Shown in pieces: positions 13,717 through 25,275 of a stretch of 64,000 bases of DNA. Location: NCBI GenBank assembly GCA_965220745.1, contig CBDCQT010000012.1, positions 64,001 through 128,000 on the forward strand, read 5' to 3'. This DNA comes from Alphaproteobacteria bacterium (GTDB taxonomy: Bacteria > Pseudomonadota > Alphaproteobacteria > UBA828). Under the pieces are notes generated by a model. It was not told the DNA's origin. It was given only the letters and a program-made list of their open reading frames with translations, and did not search any database. The position numbers and the translations under genes were made by a program. The stretch's first letter is position 1. Every line of letters begins with the position of its first letter.

Positions 13717-14697
13717 TCAGACCGCCTCGATGCTCGCCTCCGCGATCAGGCGGTTGATCGCGCGGCGCTTGTCCTGCGCCTCGTCCACGGAGACGGCGCT
13801 GAAGCGGTAGACGTCTCCCGGCTTCGACTGCGCGAGCTTCCAGAACGCCGCCGATGGCACTGTATAAGGGTTGATGAAGCCGCCGGTGCTGGGCCCGTCG
13901 TTGACCAGGATGATGGGCGTCTGCCCGCACAGGTTGACCGCGCCCACCGGATAGCCGTGGTCGAGGATGTTGGAGGGGTCCTCGCCGTGCTCGGGGCGCT
14001 TGTCGGTAGCCCTCTCCGTGAAACTCCAGGCCGGTCCGTCGAGCCGGAAGCCCGTGCGGTTGCTCCGGGTCTGCACAGTCCAGTCGCTCTCCAGGAACCT
14101 GCGGTGGCCGGCCTCGTCGATCCAGTCGTCGTTGGGGCCGGGCACCGCCTCCATCTGCCACACCCGCTCGCCGGTTAGGTGCGGCCGGCATTCTTCTCGC
14201 ACCCTCCGACCCGACGTGCCGTTGCCCGTATCGCCACCGAGCGGCAGGCTCTGCTCCGCCTTGAGCGCGTAGCCGTCGAGCCCGCCGATCCCGGCCTGGT
14301 GGAAGGTCGCGCGCGAGCCCAGCACCGGCGTCGTATCGATGCCGCCCGCGACGGCGAGATAGGCGCGGGCGCCGAGGCGCGCGAACCCCAGTGTCAGCAC
14401 CTGGCCGGCACGGACGGCGAAGCTCTCCCACATGGGCGCGGGCGCGTTGTCGAGAGTGGGCTGCATGTCCGCAGCGGTGACCGCGACCACGGCGTCGCGA
14501 CCGAAGCGGAGCGTCGGGCCGGTGAACTGGCATTCGAGCCCGGCGGCGTCTGGCGGGTTGCCCACCAGCAGATTGGCGAGGCGGAAGGACCAATCGTCCA
14601 TCGGGCCCGAGAACGGGAAGCCCTGCTCCCAGTGGCCGATCCGCCCCGGCCAGTCCTGCACCGTGGTCTCGAGACCGGGCTTGATCACCTCCAGCAT
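13717..14697 (-). CDS. Carboxyltransferase-like subunit (PxpC / allophanate hydrolase subunit 2 family)
   Basis: TTVQDWPGR, ANLLVGN, GARAYLAVAGG, SNRTGFRL, DGPSTGG. Confidence 0.88.
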   Translation of the reverse strand: MLEVIKPGLETTVQDWPGRIGHWEQGFPFSGPMDDWSFRLANLLVGNPPDAAGLECQFTGPTLRFGRDAVVAVTAADMQPTLDNAPAPMWESFAVRAGQVLTLGFARLGARAYLAVAGGIDTTPVLGSRATFHQAGIGGLDGYALKAEQSLPLGGDTGNGTSGRRVREECRPHLTGERVWQMEAVPGPNDDWIDEAGHRRFLESDWTVQTRSNRTGFRLDGPAWSFTERATDKRPEHGEDPSNILDHGYPVGAVNLCGQTPIILVNDGPSTGGFINPYTVPSAAFWKLAQSKPGDVYRFSAVSVDEAQDKRRAINRLIAEASIEAV

Positions 14698-14699
14698 GA

Positions 14700-15569
14700 C
14701 TAGAACCGCACCGTCTCGTCGATGGTGCCGAGCCAGCGGTGGTAGTTGCTGATCGAAAAGCGCTGATACTCGGCCACGTTGTGGAGGTAGGTACCGGCTT
14801 CGACCTGGGCGGCGACGTGGTCGTACTCCTCGGCGCTCGTCGGGATGAAGCGCACGCGGTCGCCCGGCCGGAAGAGCGCGAGGCTCTCGGCGAAGGCGGC
14901 GAGTCGTTGCGCGGGGTCCCAGATCGGCACCGGCGTCCGTGCGATCATCTGGTAGCCGCCCGGCGTCCGGTCCGGGTAGATCGAGCAGAGCGCGCCGCCG
15001 ATGCCGATGGTGCCCTTGTAAGTCCATGTGCGCGGCGGGTCGTACTTGGGCGCGGTCAGCCGGCAGCGCGGGTCGAGCGGCATCAGCGAGACCAAGCCGG
15101 GATAGAAACCCAATGCCGCTACCCAGTAGTCGGTGCCGGAATGGACGCGGGCGAGCTGCGCGAGATCGGCAAGGCCGTTGAGCCGCGCCACCAGCTCCGG
15201 GTCCCGCTCCTTGGGCGCGATCTTCGCGCAGTAATCGTCGTAGCACTCGCGCGTCCACGGATCGAAGTAGCGGATCGGCAGGTAGAAGATCCGGCTGTCC
15301 AGCTCCAGCCCATCGAGCGAACCCACGACGTGGAACAGCGCGGTCACCTCGGCCACGACGTCGGCGTAGGAGATACGCTCGAAGTCGTAGCTGATCATGA
15401 TCGAGGTGAGCTCGGGCACGATCTCGATAATTCCGGCAGGGCCCCTCTCGCGGATCAGCTTGGAGACGCTGTGCACGCGGAAGTTGAGATCGAAGCTCAT
15501 CTCGTCGCCGAGCTCCATCTCGATGAAGCGGTCGCCGCCGGGCCTGAAGACCGGCTCCGCGAAGATCAT
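14700..15569 (-). CDS. Carboxyltransferase-like subunit (PxpB / allophanate hydrolase subunit 1 family)
   Basis: GGDR, GFYPG, PRTWT, IYP..TPGGYQMIARTP, GDRVRF. Confidence 0.88.
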   Translation of the reverse strand: MIFAEPVFRPGGDRFIEMELGDEMSFDLNFRVHSVSKLIRERGPAGIIEIVPELTSIMISYDFERISYADVVAEVTALFHVVGSLDGLELDSRIFYLPIRYFDPWTRECYDDYCAKIAPKERDPELVARLNGLADLAQLARVHSGTDYWVAALGFYPGLVSLMPLDPRCRLTAPKYDPPRTWTYKGTIGIGGALCSIYPDRTPGGYQMIARTPVPIWDPAQRLAAFAESLALFRPGDRVRFIPTSAEEYDHVAAQVEAGTYLHNVAEYQRFSISNYHRWLGTIDETVRF

Positions 15570-15656
15570 GAACGCGCCTCCCCGCCTACCCGCACCGGCG
15601 GGTCGTGGCGCAGTTTGATCGGACGTCGTGCCCTTCGTGGTCCGGCGGAGGGCGCA

Positions 15657-16382
15657 TCACCCGGTGCGCTCTCGCCCACCGTGGGTGACGCGCCAAGCGT
15701 AGGCACCGAGCGCCATGCCGATCAAGGGGCCGGCGACGTAGATCCAGTAGTGGGTGAAGTCGCCCATCGCGACGTAGGGCCCGAGCGCCCGCGCGGGATT
15801 CATCGCGGCACCCGCGACCGGGCCCATCAGCATGACCTCGATGCCGACGACCGCGCCCACGGCGACGCCCGCGAAGGGGCCGTGAGCGCGCTTGTCGAGG
15901 CCCACGCCAGCAACCACCCACATCAGCAGGAATGCGAGAAAAAGCTCGATCAGGAAGGCCGTCAGCGGCGTGATGCCGATGGCCGCATTGGGTAGGTTCG
16001 CGCCCATCGCGCCGTAGTCGCCGAGCGCCCAGAGCAGGCACATCCCCGCCAGCACCGAGCCCCCGAGCTGGGCCAGCGCGTAGCCGGGGACGAGGCGCCA
16101 GTCGAGATGGCCGATCAGCGCGGCCGCGATCGAGAGCGCCGGATTGACGTGGGCGCCGGAGACATGGCCGAAGGTATAGATGACGACCGTGATGATCAGG
16201 CCCGAGATCAGGCCGGGGCCAATGGCGCCGAGGGTGCCGCCCATCTTGGCGTCCACAACCACGGCGCCGGCCGCGAAGAAGACGAGCGAGAACGTGCCGA
16301 TGAACTCGCAGCAATAGCGGCGCAGGTCGCCGGGTGGTACCCCTGCGGGCAAGCCCGCGCGAAGCGTGGCCTCGTCACTCAT
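15657..16382 (-). CDS. MIP-family channel (aquaporin)
   Basis: EFIGTF, SGAHVNPA, MNPARALGP. Confidence 0.95.
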   Translation of the reverse strand: MSDEATLRAGLPAGVPPGDLRRYCCEFIGTFSLVFFAAGAVVVDAKMGGTLGAIGPGLISGLIITVVIYTFGHVSGAHVNPALSIAAALIGHLDWRLVPGYALAQLGGSVLAGMCLLWALGDYGAMGANLPNAAIGITPLTAFLIELFLAFLLMWVVAGVGLDKRAHGPFAGVAVGAVVGIEVMLMGPVAGAAMNPARALGPYVAMGDFTHYWIYVAGPLIGMALGAYAWRVTHGGRERTG

Positions 16383-16441
16383 ACGACCGGAGAATAACCG
16401 GTATCGCCGCCGCGCCAATCGGTAGCGCTGGCGGCGGATAC

Positions 16442-19096
16442 TCAGGCAGCGTCCGCCAGCGCCTTCTCGATGGCCTTGAGCGCGTCGTCCAGACGCTCGC
16501 CGTCGGGGCCGCCGGCTTGCGCCATGTCGGCCCGGCCGCCCCCGCCCTTGCCGCCGACTGCCGCCGCGCCGGCGCGCGCGAGATCGACCGCGCTCACGCG
16601 GGCGGTGAGATCGTCGCTGACGCCGACCGTGAGCGCGGCCTTGCCATCGGTCCGGCTCACCACGGCGTAGACGCCCGAGCCCATGCGCTGCTTCAGGTCA
16701 TCCACCATGGCACGCAGCTCCTTGGGCCGCGCCCCGTCGAGCGAGCGGCCGACGAAGGCGACCCCGGCGATGTCGCGGGCATCCTCCGTGGCGCCGCCGC
16801 CGCCGGTGGCAAGCGCGTGGCGGGTCTCCTCGAGCGTGCGTTCGAGCTTCTTGTGCTCATCCATCAGCGAGCCGATGCGCCCGGCAAGCTCGGCCGGCGG
16901 CACCTTGAGCACCGCCGCAGCCTCCCGGAGCGCGGTTTCGAGGTCGACCCCGTGGCGGCGCGCCGCTTCGCCGGTGAGCGCCTCGATGCGCCGGACGCCG
17001 GCAGCGGTCGCCGATTCGCTCACGATGCGGAAGAGCCCGATGTCCCCGGTGCGCTCCACGTGGGTACCGCCGCAGAGCTCGACCGAATAGGGCGCGTCGG
17101 CGCCGTTCTCGTCGCCGCCCATGGAAACGACGCGCACCTCATCGCCGTACTTCTCGCCGAAGAGCGCAAGCGCGCCGGCGGCGGTCGCCTCCTCCGGGCT
17201 CATCAGGCGAGTGACCAGCGGCGCGTTCTGGCGGATCAGCCGGTTGACCTCAGCCTCGATGTCGTCGAGCGCGTCGGCCGAGACCGCGCCGGGGTGGCTG
17301 ATGTCGAAACGCAGGCGATCGGGTGCCACCAGCGACCCCTTCTGCGTCACGTGATCGCCGAGAGCGCGGCGGAGCGCGGCGTGCAGCAGGTGGGTGGCCG
17401 AGTGGTTGGCGCGGAGCATGGTGCGCCGCGCACCGTCCACGGCGAGCACCACCGCGTCGTCCACGCTGATCGTGCTCTCTTCGACGACGGCGTGGTGGAC
17501 GTGGAGGCCGTCGGCCTCGCGGCGCGTGTCGGTCACGCGGAGGCGGGCGCCGTCGGTCGAGACGACGGTGCCGGTGTCGCCCACCTGTCCGCCCGCCTCG
17601 GCGTAGAAGGGCGTCTGGTTGATGACCAGCGCCACCGAATCGCCAGCCTCGGCACCCGTGACCTCGGCACCGCCTGCCACAAGCGCCTGGACCACGCCCT
17701 CCGCGCTCTCCGTGCCGTAGCCCAGGAACTCGGTCGCGCCGACCCGCTCGCGAATCCCGAACCAGACCGCATCGCTCGCCGCATCGCCCGAGCCCGCCCA
17801 AGCCCGTCGCGCCGCCTCGCGCTGGCGTTCCATGCAGACCTCGAAGCCCTCCCGCTCTACCGCGCGCCCCTGCGCGCGAAGCGCATCCTCAGTGAGGTCG
17901 AGGGGGAAGCCGTAGGTGTCGTAGAGCTTGAACGCGGTCTCCCCCGGCAGTGGCACGCCGGCGGCGAGACCCGAGGTCGCGTCGTCAAGCAGGCGCAGAC
18001 CCCTGGCGAGGGTCTCCTTGAAGCGGGTTTCCTCCAGCTTCAGGGTCTCGGCGATGAGCGGCTCGGCACGCACCAGCTCACCGAAGGCCTGGCCCATCTC
18101 GCGCACCAGCGTCGGCACCAGGCGCCACATCAGCGGCTCGGTGCAGCCCATCAGGTGGGCGTGACGCATGGCGCGCCGCATGATGCGCCGGAGCACGTAA
18201 CCCCGCCCCTCGTTCGACGGCATCACGCCATCGGCGATCAGGAAGGCGCTCGCCCGCAGGTGATCGGAGACCACCCGGTGGGAGGCGCTGTGCCCGCCGT
18301 CGGCCGGCGTGCCGCTCAGCTCCACGCTCGCGTCAATCAGGTGCTTGAACAGGTCGGTCTCGTAATTGTCGTGGGTGCCCTGCAGGATCGCGGCGATCCG
18401 CTCCAGCCCCATGCCGGTGTCGATCGAGGGGCGGGGCAGATCGATCCGCTCCTCGGGCGTGACCTGCTCGAACTGCATGAACACCAGGTTCCAGATTTCG
18501 ACGAAGCGATCGCCGTCCTGATCAGGGCTGCCGGGCGGGCCGCCAGCCACGTGCGGACCGTGGTCGTAGAAGATCTCGGAGCAAGGGCCGCAGGGGCCGG
18601 TCTCGCCCATGGCCCAGAAATTGTCCGAGGTCGGGATGCGAATGACGCGCTCTTCGGGCAGCCCCGCGACCCTGCGCCAGAGCCCGTGGGCCTCGTCGTC
18701 CTCGGCGAAGACCGTGACCATCAGGCGTTCTTCCGACAGGCCGTAGTCCTTCGTGACCAGCCGCCAGGCGAGCTCGATGGCACGCTCCTTGAAGTAATCG
18801 CCGAACGAGAAGTTGCCGAGCATCTCGAAGAAGGTGTGGTGGCGCGCGGTATAGCCGACGTTGTCGAGGTCGTTGTGCTTGCCGCCCGCGCGCACGCATT
18901 TTTGGGAGGTAGCCGCGCGCCGGTAAGGCCGGGACTCGGCGCCGGTGAAGACGTTCTTGAACTGCACCATGCCGGCGTTGGTGAACATCAACGTCGGGTC
19001 GTTGCGCGGCACGAGCGGGCTCGAGTCCACGACCTCGTGCTCGTTGGCGGAAAAATAGTCGAGAAACTGCGCGCGGATTTCGTTGACGCTCGGCAT
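16442..19096 (-). CDS. alaS: Alanine--tRNA ligase
   Basis: [55 protein letters not shown]. Confidence 0.99.
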   Translation of the reverse strand: MPSVNEIRAQFLDYFSANEHEVVDSSPLVPRNDPTLMFTNAGMVQFKNVFTGAESRPYRRAATSQKCVRAGGKHNDLDNVGYTARHHTFFEMLGNFSFGDYFKERAIELAWRLVTKDYGLSEERLMVTVFAEDDEAHGLWRRVAGLPEERVIRIPTSDNFWAMGETGPCGPCSEIFYDHGPHVAGGPPGSPDQDGDRFVEIWNLVFMQFEQVTPEERIDLPRPSIDTGMGLERIAAILQGTHDNYETDLFKHLIDASVELSGTPADGGHSASHRVVSDHLRASAFLIADGVMPSNEGRGYVLRRIMRRAMRHAHLMGCTEPLMWRLVPTLVREMGQAFGELVRAEPLIAETLKLEETRFKETLARGLRLLDDATSGLAAGVPLPGETAFKLYDTYGFPLDLTEDALRAQGRAVEREGFEVCMERQREAARRAWAGSGDAASDAVWFGIRERVGATEFLGYGTESAEGVVQALVAGGAEVTGAEAGDSVALVINQTPFYAEAGGQVGDTGTVVSTDGARLRVTDTRREADGLHVHHAVVEESTISVDDAVVLAVDGARRTMLRANHSATHLLHAALRRALGDHVTQKGSLVAPDRLRFDISHPGAVSADALDDIEAEVNRLIRQNAPLVTRLMSPEEATAAGALALFGEKYGDEVRVVSMGGDENGADAPYSVELCGGTHVERTGDIGLFRIVSESATAAGVRRIEALTGEAARRHGVDLETALREAAAVLKVPPAELAGRIGSLMDEHKKLERTLEETRHALATGGGGATEDARDIAGVAFVGRSLDGARPKELRAMVDDLKQRMGSGVYAVVSRTDGKAALTVGVSDDLTARVSAVDLARAGAAAVGGKGGGGRADMAQAGGPDGERLDDALKAIEKALADAA

Positions 19097-19238
19097 GGAA
19101 TGGCCCTGCATGGTTCCCCGGACCGCAGGAGGCCCGGGGCTTGGATGCGTGCCGTGCTACTTAGTGCGCCTTAGGCGGGCTGTCCAGATTTGCGCGCGCC
19201 TTCGCGCGGCAGCGTTTGCCCGCCCGTTCCCGAAGCCG

Positions 19239-20321
19239 CTAAGCGCCCTGGGCGCCGTGGTCTGGGTAAACCTCGGCGACGGGCGGCGCCTCGTCCTCGC
19301 CGTCGAGACCGGCGTGCCGTCGGATGGCGCGATTGATCGCGTCTGCCGCCTCCGCGTTCTCAGCGAGGAAGCGCTTCGCGTTCTCGCGGCCCTGGCCGAT
19401 GCGCTCGCTGTCGTGGGAATACCAGGAGCCCGATTTTTCGATGACGCCGGCCTTGAGCCCGTGATCGATGAGCTCGCCGGTGCGCGAGATGCCCTCGCCA
19501 TACATGATGTCGAACTCCACCAAGCGGAAGGGTGGCGCGAGCTTGTTCTTGACCACCTTCACCCGCGTCTGGTTGCCGACGACCTCGTCACGGTCCTTGA
19601 CGGCACCGATGCGGCGGATGTCGAGCCTGACCGAAGCGTAGAACTTCAGCGCGTTGCCGCCGGTGGTAGTCTCGGGGCTGCCGTACATCACGCCGATCTT
19701 CATGCGGATCTGGTTGATGAAGATGACGCAGCAGCGCGAGCGCGCGATCGATGCGGTGAGCTTGCGCAGCGCCTGACTCATCAGCCGCGCCTGCAGGCCG
19801 ACATGGGAATCGCCCATCTCGCCTTCGAGCTCGGCGCGGGGCACCAGGGCTGCGACGCTGTCGATCACCACCAGGTCGATGGCGCCGGAGCGGACCAGCG
19901 TGTCCGCAATCTCCAGCGCCTGCTCGCCGGCATCCGGCTGCGCGATCAAGAGCTCGTCCACATTGACGTGGAGCTTGCCGGCATAGACCGGATCGAGCGC
20001 GTGCTCGGCATCGATGAAGGCGCAGGTGCCGCCGAGCTTCTGGGCCTCGGCGACGCAGGAGAGCGCCAGCGTGGTCTTGCCCGAACTCTCGGGCCCGTAG
20101 ATCTCGACGATCCGGCCGCGTGGCAGCCCGCCGATGCCGAGCGCCACGTCGAGCCCGATGGAGCCGGTCGGGATCGCCTCGACCTCGACCGCGGCGCCAT
20201 CGCCGAGCTTCATGATCGAGCCCTTGCCGAACGCTCGCTCGATCTGGCCGAGCGCCGCGTCTAATGCCTTCTGCTTATCCATTGAACCCTCGGACACCAC
20301 GCGAAGCGCCGTACTGGCCAT
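19239..20321 (-). CDS. recA: Recombinase RecA
   Basis: [33 protein letters not shown]; start may be 20282. Confidence 0.99.
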   Translation of the reverse strand: MASTALRVVSEGSMDKQKALDAALGQIERAFGKGSIMKLGDGAAVEVEAIPTGSIGLDVALGIGGLPRGRIVEIYGPESSGKTTLALSCVAEAQKLGGTCAFIDAEHALDPVYAGKLHVNVDELLIAQPDAGEQALEIADTLVRSGAIDLVVIDSVAALVPRAELEGEMGDSHVGLQARLMSQALRKLTASIARSRCCVIFINQIRMKIGVMYGSPETTTGGNALKFYASVRLDIRRIGAVKDRDEVVGNQTRVKVVKNKLAPPFRLVEFDIMYGEGISRTGELIDHGLKAGVIEKSGSWYSHDSERIGQGRENAKRFLAENAEAADAINRAIRRHAGLDGEDEAPPVAEVYPDHGAQGA

Positions 20322-20380
20322 TGCCGCCTCCTTATTCCACACGGGCAAAACCGATGCAATGCGACTCCGATTTGGCCAAT

Positions 20381-20395
20381 GTACTCTATTTGTTC
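20381..20395 (-). promoter_or_regulatory. Alphaproteobacterial LexA (SOS) box upstream of recA
   Basis: Minus strand GAAC-AAATAGA-GTAC matches GAAC-N7-GAAC/GTAC. Confidence 0.85.
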
Positions 20396-20468
20396 TTACC
20401 CTGCAACCCCTCATTTCATCGCCGTCCGGGCGCGGGCACGCTATGATGGGCGCGGCTTTCCGCCCTTC

Positions 20469-20545
20469 GGGCCCGTAGTTCAACTGGTTAGAACCCGCCG
20501 CTCATAACGGCGTTGTTGCAGGTTCGAGTCCTGCCGGGCCCACCA
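20469..20545 (+). tRNA. tRNA with CAT anticodon, most likely tRNA-Ile2 (lysidine)
   Basis: Acceptor GGGCCCG/CGGGCCC-A-CCA, anticodon loop CTCATAA, T-arm GCAGG-TTCGAGT-CCTGC; paired 1:72 and no GGG/CCC anticodon stem, so not initiator. Confidence 0.92.
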
Positions 20546-20577
20546 ACTCCTTTTCATTTTGCTTTGAAATCAACATT

Positions 20578-20750
20578 TTACTTGTCCGAATTGACTAACC
20601 TTGGCGAAAGGTTAGTCAATTCTGTTCCCTCTTCGCTCCCCAGCTTTGCCATGCCGGAATCCGCGAGCGTCGCTCGATTAGCGGCCGCCACATAACGACT
20701 CGCCTCCATGGCGCTCGCGTGTCCGAGAAAACTCATGACCTCGAATTCAG
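20578..20750 (-). pseudogene. C-terminal remnant of a tyrosine integrase next to the tRNA
   Basis: Translates ATEFEVMSFLGHASAMEASRYVAAANRATLADSGMAKL (LGH...Y box II). Confidence 0.75.
20588..20622. repeat. 15-bp perfect inverted repeat
   Basis: GAATTGACTAACCTT-GGCGA-AAGGTTAGTCAATTC. Confidence 0.85.
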
Positions 20751-20974
20751 TTGCCCGGCGCGGGGATTTGCCGCCGACCGGCTCTGTAACCTGTAGACCA
20801 AGCTGGACCCCGGCGGGGGCGGGCTATATTCGACGCTAAACATCGCGCTGCGCGCCTTTCCTGCCCTGCGGGCCGGACAGCGCCGCGCAGACCGTGACCC
20901 TGGCGAGAAATGCGGGCTAAGAGTATTCCAGAAGCCGTCCGGCCCACCGCTTTCATGAGGAGTGCCGCGCAGCC

Positions 20975-22801
20975 ATGGACCTGCGCAACATCGCCATCAT
21001 CGCCCATGTCGATCACGGCAAGACGACTCTGGTCGACGCCCTGTTGCGCCAGAGCGGCACGGTGCGCGCGAACCAGCCGATGCAGGAGCGCGCCCTCGAC
21101 AGCGGCGAGCTCGAACGCGAGCGCGGCATCACGATCCTGGCCAAGTGCACCGCGATCGACTGGCGCGGCGTGCGCATCAACATCGTCGATACCCCTGGCC
21201 ACGCGGACTTCGGCGGCGAGGTCGAGCGGGTGCTCGGCATGGTCGACGGCGTGCTCGTCCTGGTGGACGCGGCCGAGGGCCCGATGCCTCAGACGAAGTT
21301 CGTCGTCGACAAGGCGCTTCGGCTCGGGCTCAGGCCAATCGTGGCGATCAGCAAGATGGATCGCGCGGACGCCCGACCCGAGGTCGTGCACGAAGCCATC
21401 TTCGACCTGTTCGACGCCTTGGGAGCGAGCGAGGAGCAGCTCGATTTCCCCCTCGTCTACAGCTCGGCGCGCGACGGCTGGGCCTCGCGCGGTGCGGCCG
21501 TCGCGGGGGCCGACATGACCCCGCTCTTCGAGACCGTCATCGCGCACGTGCCCGCGCCTTCGACGGATCGGGACGGGCCATTTCGCATGCTGATCAGCCT
21601 GCTGGAGGCCGACCCCTTTCTCGGCCGGCTGGTGAGCGGCCGCGTGCTCTCCGGCCAAGTGGCAGCGAACCAGACCGTGACGGTGCTCGGCACGGACGGT
21701 GCCGTGGTCGAGGTCGCGCGCCTCACCAAGCTGCTTCGCGCGCGCGGGCTGGAACGGATCGCGGTGGACGGCGCCGGGGCCGGCGAGATCGTGACGCTCG
21801 CGGGCCTCAAGACCGCGTCGGTGGCGGACACCGTCGCCGCCTCCGGGAACTGCACCGCGATCCCGGCCGAGCCCATCGACCCGCCAACGATCGCAATGGT
21901 GTTCTCGATCAATGACTCGCCGCTCGCGGGACGCGAAGGAACGCAACTCACCTCACGCATGATCGCAGCACGCCTCGCCCGCGAAGCCGAGGGCAATGTC
22001 GCGATCCGGGTGAACGGCATGGCGGAGGACGGCGCCTTCGAGGTCGCCGGCCGCGGCGAGCTTCAACTCGCGGTGTTGATCGAGACCATGCGCCGCGAGG
22101 GCTTCGAGCTCTCCATCGGCCGCCCGCGGGTGCTGATGCGCGAAGACCCGGCGGTTCACGGGCCGCTCGAGCCCATCGAAGAAATCCAGATCGACGTGGA
22201 CGAAGCCTTCGTCGGCGACGTGGTGACTGCGCTCACCGAACGGCGCGCGGAGCTGGTCGAGCTCAGGCCCTCGGGGCGGGACAAGATCAGGGCGCTGTTT
22301 CACGGCCCGACGCGCGGCCTGATCGGCTTCAACGGCGAGCTGCTCACGGTGACCCGGGGCACGGCGATCATGCATCGGCTGTTTCACGGCTATGCGCCGT
22401 TCAAGGGCCCGTTGCCGGGACGGCAGACCGGCGTGCTCGTCTCGAGCGCGGACGGCAGGGCGGTCGCCTACGCGCTCTGGAATCTGGAGCCGCGGGGCAC
22501 GCTCTTCATCGAGCCGGGGATGCCCGTCTACGGCGGCATGATCGTGGGCGAGCACGCGCGGCCGCAGGACCTCGACGTCAACCCGCTGAAGAGCAAGCAG
22601 CTGACCAACATCCGGGCCGCCGGCAAGGACAATGCCGTGCGCCTGAGCCCGCCGCGGCCGATGCCGCTCGAGGTCGCATTGGCCTATCTCTCGGACGACG
22701 AGCTGCTCGAAGTGACGCCGGCGGCGATCCGCCTTCGCAAGCGCCTGCTCGACCCCCATGCCCGCCGACGCGCCGCACGGGCGCACGCGCGAGCATCCTG
22801 A
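20975..22801 (+). CDS. typA: Translational GTPase TypA/BipA
   Basis: [46 protein letters not shown]. Confidence 0.97.
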   Translation: MDLRNIAIIAHVDHGKTTLVDALLRQSGTVRANQPMQERALDSGELERERGITILAKCTAIDWRGVRINIVDTPGHADFGGEVERVLGMVDGVLVLVDAAEGPMPQTKFVVDKALRLGLRPIVAISKMDRADARPEVVHEAIFDLFDALGASEEQLDFPLVYSSARDGWASRGAAVAGADMTPLFETVIAHVPAPSTDRDGPFRMLISLLEADPFLGRLVSGRVLSGQVAANQTVTVLGTDGAVVEVARLTKLLRARGLERIAVDGAGAGEIVTLAGLKTASVADTVAASGNCTAIPAEPIDPPTIAMVFSINDSPLAGREGTQLTSRMIAARLAREAEGNVAIRVNGMAEDGAFEVAGRGELQLAVLIETMRREGFELSIGRPRVLMREDPAVHGPLEPIEEIQIDVDEAFVGDVVTALTERRAELVELRPSGRDKIRALFHGPTRGLIGFNGELLTVTRGTAIMHRLFHGYAPFKGPLPGRQTGVLVSSADGRAVAYALWNLEPRGTLFIEPGMPVYGGMIVGEHARPQDLDVNPLKSKQLTNIRAAGKDNAVRLSPPRPMPLEVALAYLSDDELLEVTPAAIRLRKRLLDPHARRRAARAHARAS

Positions 22802-22905
22802 TCGCCTGCCCCACAATCAGACAAGCGCAGCACGACCTTGAGGCTTTGCCAAACCGAGCCCCACTGGCTAGGAATTCATCTGACCCCAGCGGAGCCTCGT
22901 CGATC

Positions 22906-25131
22906 ATGGACCAAGACATCCTCTCCGAGCTTGCACCGAGCGGCACCCTGCGCGCGGGTATCAACCTGTCCAACTTCCTGCTGGTGACGGGCAGGGCATC
23001 GTCGGGCGACCCGATCGGCGTCGCACCCGACATGGCGCGCGCGATCGCAGATCGCCTGGGTGTCGCGGTCTCCTACATCACCTTCGCTTCGCCCGGCGAG
23101 CTCACCGATGCGGCGGGACGGGATCTTTGGGATATCGGCCTTATCGCCGCGGAGCCCGCGCGCGCGGAGACGATCGCGTTCTCTCCGCCGTACGTCGAGA
23201 TCGAGGCGACTTACATGGTTCCCGAGAGCAGCTCCCTCGCTGCGATCGAGGACGTCGACCGCCCCGGCATTCGCATCGCGGTATCTGACAGGAGCGCCTA
23301 CGACCTGTACCTGACGCGTCATCTCAAGCACGCCCAGCTGGTACGCGCGAAGGGTCTTGCGGCCGCCTTCGAGCTCTTCGTGAACGAGAAGCTCGACGCG
23401 CTCGCGGGCCTCAGGCCCGGTTTGATCGCGGACGCCGACAAGCTCCCCGGCGCTCGGATTCTCGACGGGCGCTTCACGGCCGTCCGGCAGGCGGTGGGCA
23501 CAGCGACGACCAACCGTGCGGGCGCCGCCTTCCTGGCCGACTTCGTCGAGGAGGCCAAGGCGAGCGGTCTCGTCGCCCGCCTGATCGATCGCCACGGCGT
23601 AACCGGTCGTCTCCTGGTCGCGCCGGAAAATCCCCCCTCGCCTGAGGATTGTGGACCCGAAGTGAATCCGCAGGCCCAGGCCGCCGGCGATCTTCAGATG
23701 TCGCGTGAGCAGATGCTCGACCTCGGGCAGAAGGCGCTTGAGCTCGTGGTAGAGCGGATCGAGAGCCTGCCGGGAGAGAATGCCTGGGAGGGCGAGTTCC
23801 GGCAGGTCCTCGAAGAGCAGCTGCTCGAGGACCCACCCGAGGACGGGAGGCCGGCATCAGAAGTGATCGAGCGGGCGGCACGCGAGGTTCTGCCGTTCAC
23901 GGCGCGAATCGACCACCCCCGCTGCTTCGGGTTCATCCCGTCATCGCCCACCTGGCCCGGCGTGGTGGCCGACTTCATGGCCGCCGGCTACCACATCAAT
24001 CAATGCACCTGGCTGGTCGCGAGCGGCCCCAGCCAGCTGGAGCTGGTCGTCATCGACTGGTTCAGGCGTTGGCTCGGCTATCCGGAGGGCGCGGGCGGGC
24101 TCTTCACCAGCGGCGGCTCGGCGGCGAGCGTCGACGCCTTCGTCGCGGCGCGCGAGGCGGCGGGCCACCCCGATCGCGCCGCCGTCTACATGAGCGACCA
24201 GAGCCACAGCGCGCTCTCCCGCGCGGCGATGATCGTGGGCGTCCGCCGCGAGCGCATTCGCATAATCCCCAGCGACACGCACTTTCGCATGGACCTGGAC
24301 GCACTCGCCCGCGCCGTCGCCGCCGACCGCAACGCCGATCTCACCCCCATCGCGGTCGCCGCCAACGCCGGCACGGCGGGCACGGGCGCCATCGACCGGC
24401 TCGATGAGTTGGCCGACTTTTGCGCGGCGGAAGGCCTCTGGCTGCATGTCGACGCCGCCTACGGCGGCTTCGCGGTGGTGACCGAGCGCGGCAAGCGGCT
24501 TCTCCGCGGCATCGAACGCGCCGATTCGGTCGGGCTGGATGCGCACAAGTGGCTCTTCCAGCCCTACGAGGCAGGCTGTCTGATGGTGAAGGACGAGAAT
24601 ACGCTCACGAACGCCTTCGGGGTCCGGCCCGACATCCTTCAGGACACGGTCTGGGGAGCAAACCATCCCAACTTCTCGAACCTCGGCCTGCAACTGAGCC
24701 GCTCGGTTCGTGCGCTGAAGGTCTGGATGTCGGTCCAGACCTTCGGCATGGCGGCGTTCCGGCGCGCTGTCGAGACGGGGATGCAGCTGGCCGAGACGGC
24801 GGAAGAGTACATCCGTGAGAGTCCAGTCCTGGAAGCCACAAGTACGCCGACGCTGGGGATCGTGTGCTTCCGGGTCAATCCGTCTGACGATGAACTCGAC
24901 GAGGCGGTGCTGGACAAGGTCAACAGGACGGTCCTCGCCCGCATGTTCTGGGATAATCCTGCGTTCATGTCGTCAATGCTGCTGCACGGGACGTTCACGC
25001 TCAGGATGTGCATCATCAACCACACCACGACCTGGGACGACGTGCGCGAGACCCTGGAGGCGGTCGAGCGCTTCGGGCAAGAAGCGCTGTCGAAGAGCGA
25101 CGCGCTCGACTCGCGGTCAAGAAGAGTCTGA
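22906..25131 (+). CDS. Fusion: family-3-like substrate-binding domain plus PLP-dependent group II (aromatic amino acid-type) decarboxylase
   Basis: N-part GTLRAGINLSN...GVAPDMARAIA...SAYDLYL; C-part DHPRCFGFIP, TSGGS, HVDAAYGG, DAHKW; single open frame. Confidence 0.8.
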   Translation: MDQDILSELAPSGTLRAGINLSNFLLVTGRASSGDPIGVAPDMARAIADRLGVAVSYITFASPGELTDAAGRDLWDIGLIAAEPARAETIAFSPPYVEIEATYMVPESSSLAAIEDVDRPGIRIAVSDRSAYDLYLTRHLKHAQLVRAKGLAAAFELFVNEKLDALAGLRPGLIADADKLPGARILDGRFTAVRQAVGTATTNRAGAAFLADFVEEAKASGLVARLIDRHGVTGRLLVAPENPPSPEDCGPEVNPQAQAAGDLQMSREQMLDLGQKALELVVERIESLPGENAWEGEFRQVLEEQLLEDPPEDGRPASEVIERAAREVLPFTARIDHPRCFGFIPSSPTWPGVVADFMAAGYHINQCTWLVASGPSQLELVVIDWFRRWLGYPEGAGGLFTSGGSAASVDAFVAAREAAGHPDRAAVYMSDQSHSALSRAAMIVGVRRERIRIIPSDTHFRMDLDALARAVAADRNADLTPIAVAANAGTAGTGAIDRLDELADFCAAEGLWLHVDAAYGGFAVVTERGKRLLRGIERADSVGLDAHKWLFQPYEAGCLMVKDENTLTNAFGVRPDILQDTVWGANHPNFSNLGLQLSRSVRALKVWMSVQTFGMAAFRRAVETGMQLAETAEEYIRESPVLEATSTPTLGIVCFRVNPSDDELDEAVLDKVNRTVLARMFWDNPAFMSSMLLHGTFTLRMCIINHTTTWDDVRETLEAVERFGQEALSKSDALDSRSRRV

Positions 25132-25147
25132 CGCGCGGCGGCAGCGC

Positions 25148-25259
25148 ACCCCCTCCTCACCCCGACCCTCTCCTCCCCCGAGGGGAGGAGAGGGAGAACG
25201 GGCGGCGACGCCTGCGTTCCCCCTCCGCCTTCGGGGGAGGAGACAGGGGGAGGTGGGGC
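25148..25259. repeat. Palindromic intergenic repeat (CIR/RIME/REP-like) between convergent genes
   Basis: CCTCACCCCGACCCTCTCCTCCCCC-G-AGGGGAGGAGAGGG plus a second CCCCCTCC...GGGGGAGG unit. Confidence 0.65.
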
Positions 25260-25275
25260 GCTGTGCCGCGCAGCA

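Noticed and set aside
20469-20545. Initiator or elongator tRNA-Met
   Set aside because: G1:C72 is paired, the anticodon stem lacks three G:C pairs, and the GGGCCC acceptor fits Ile2; elongator Met is not fully excluded
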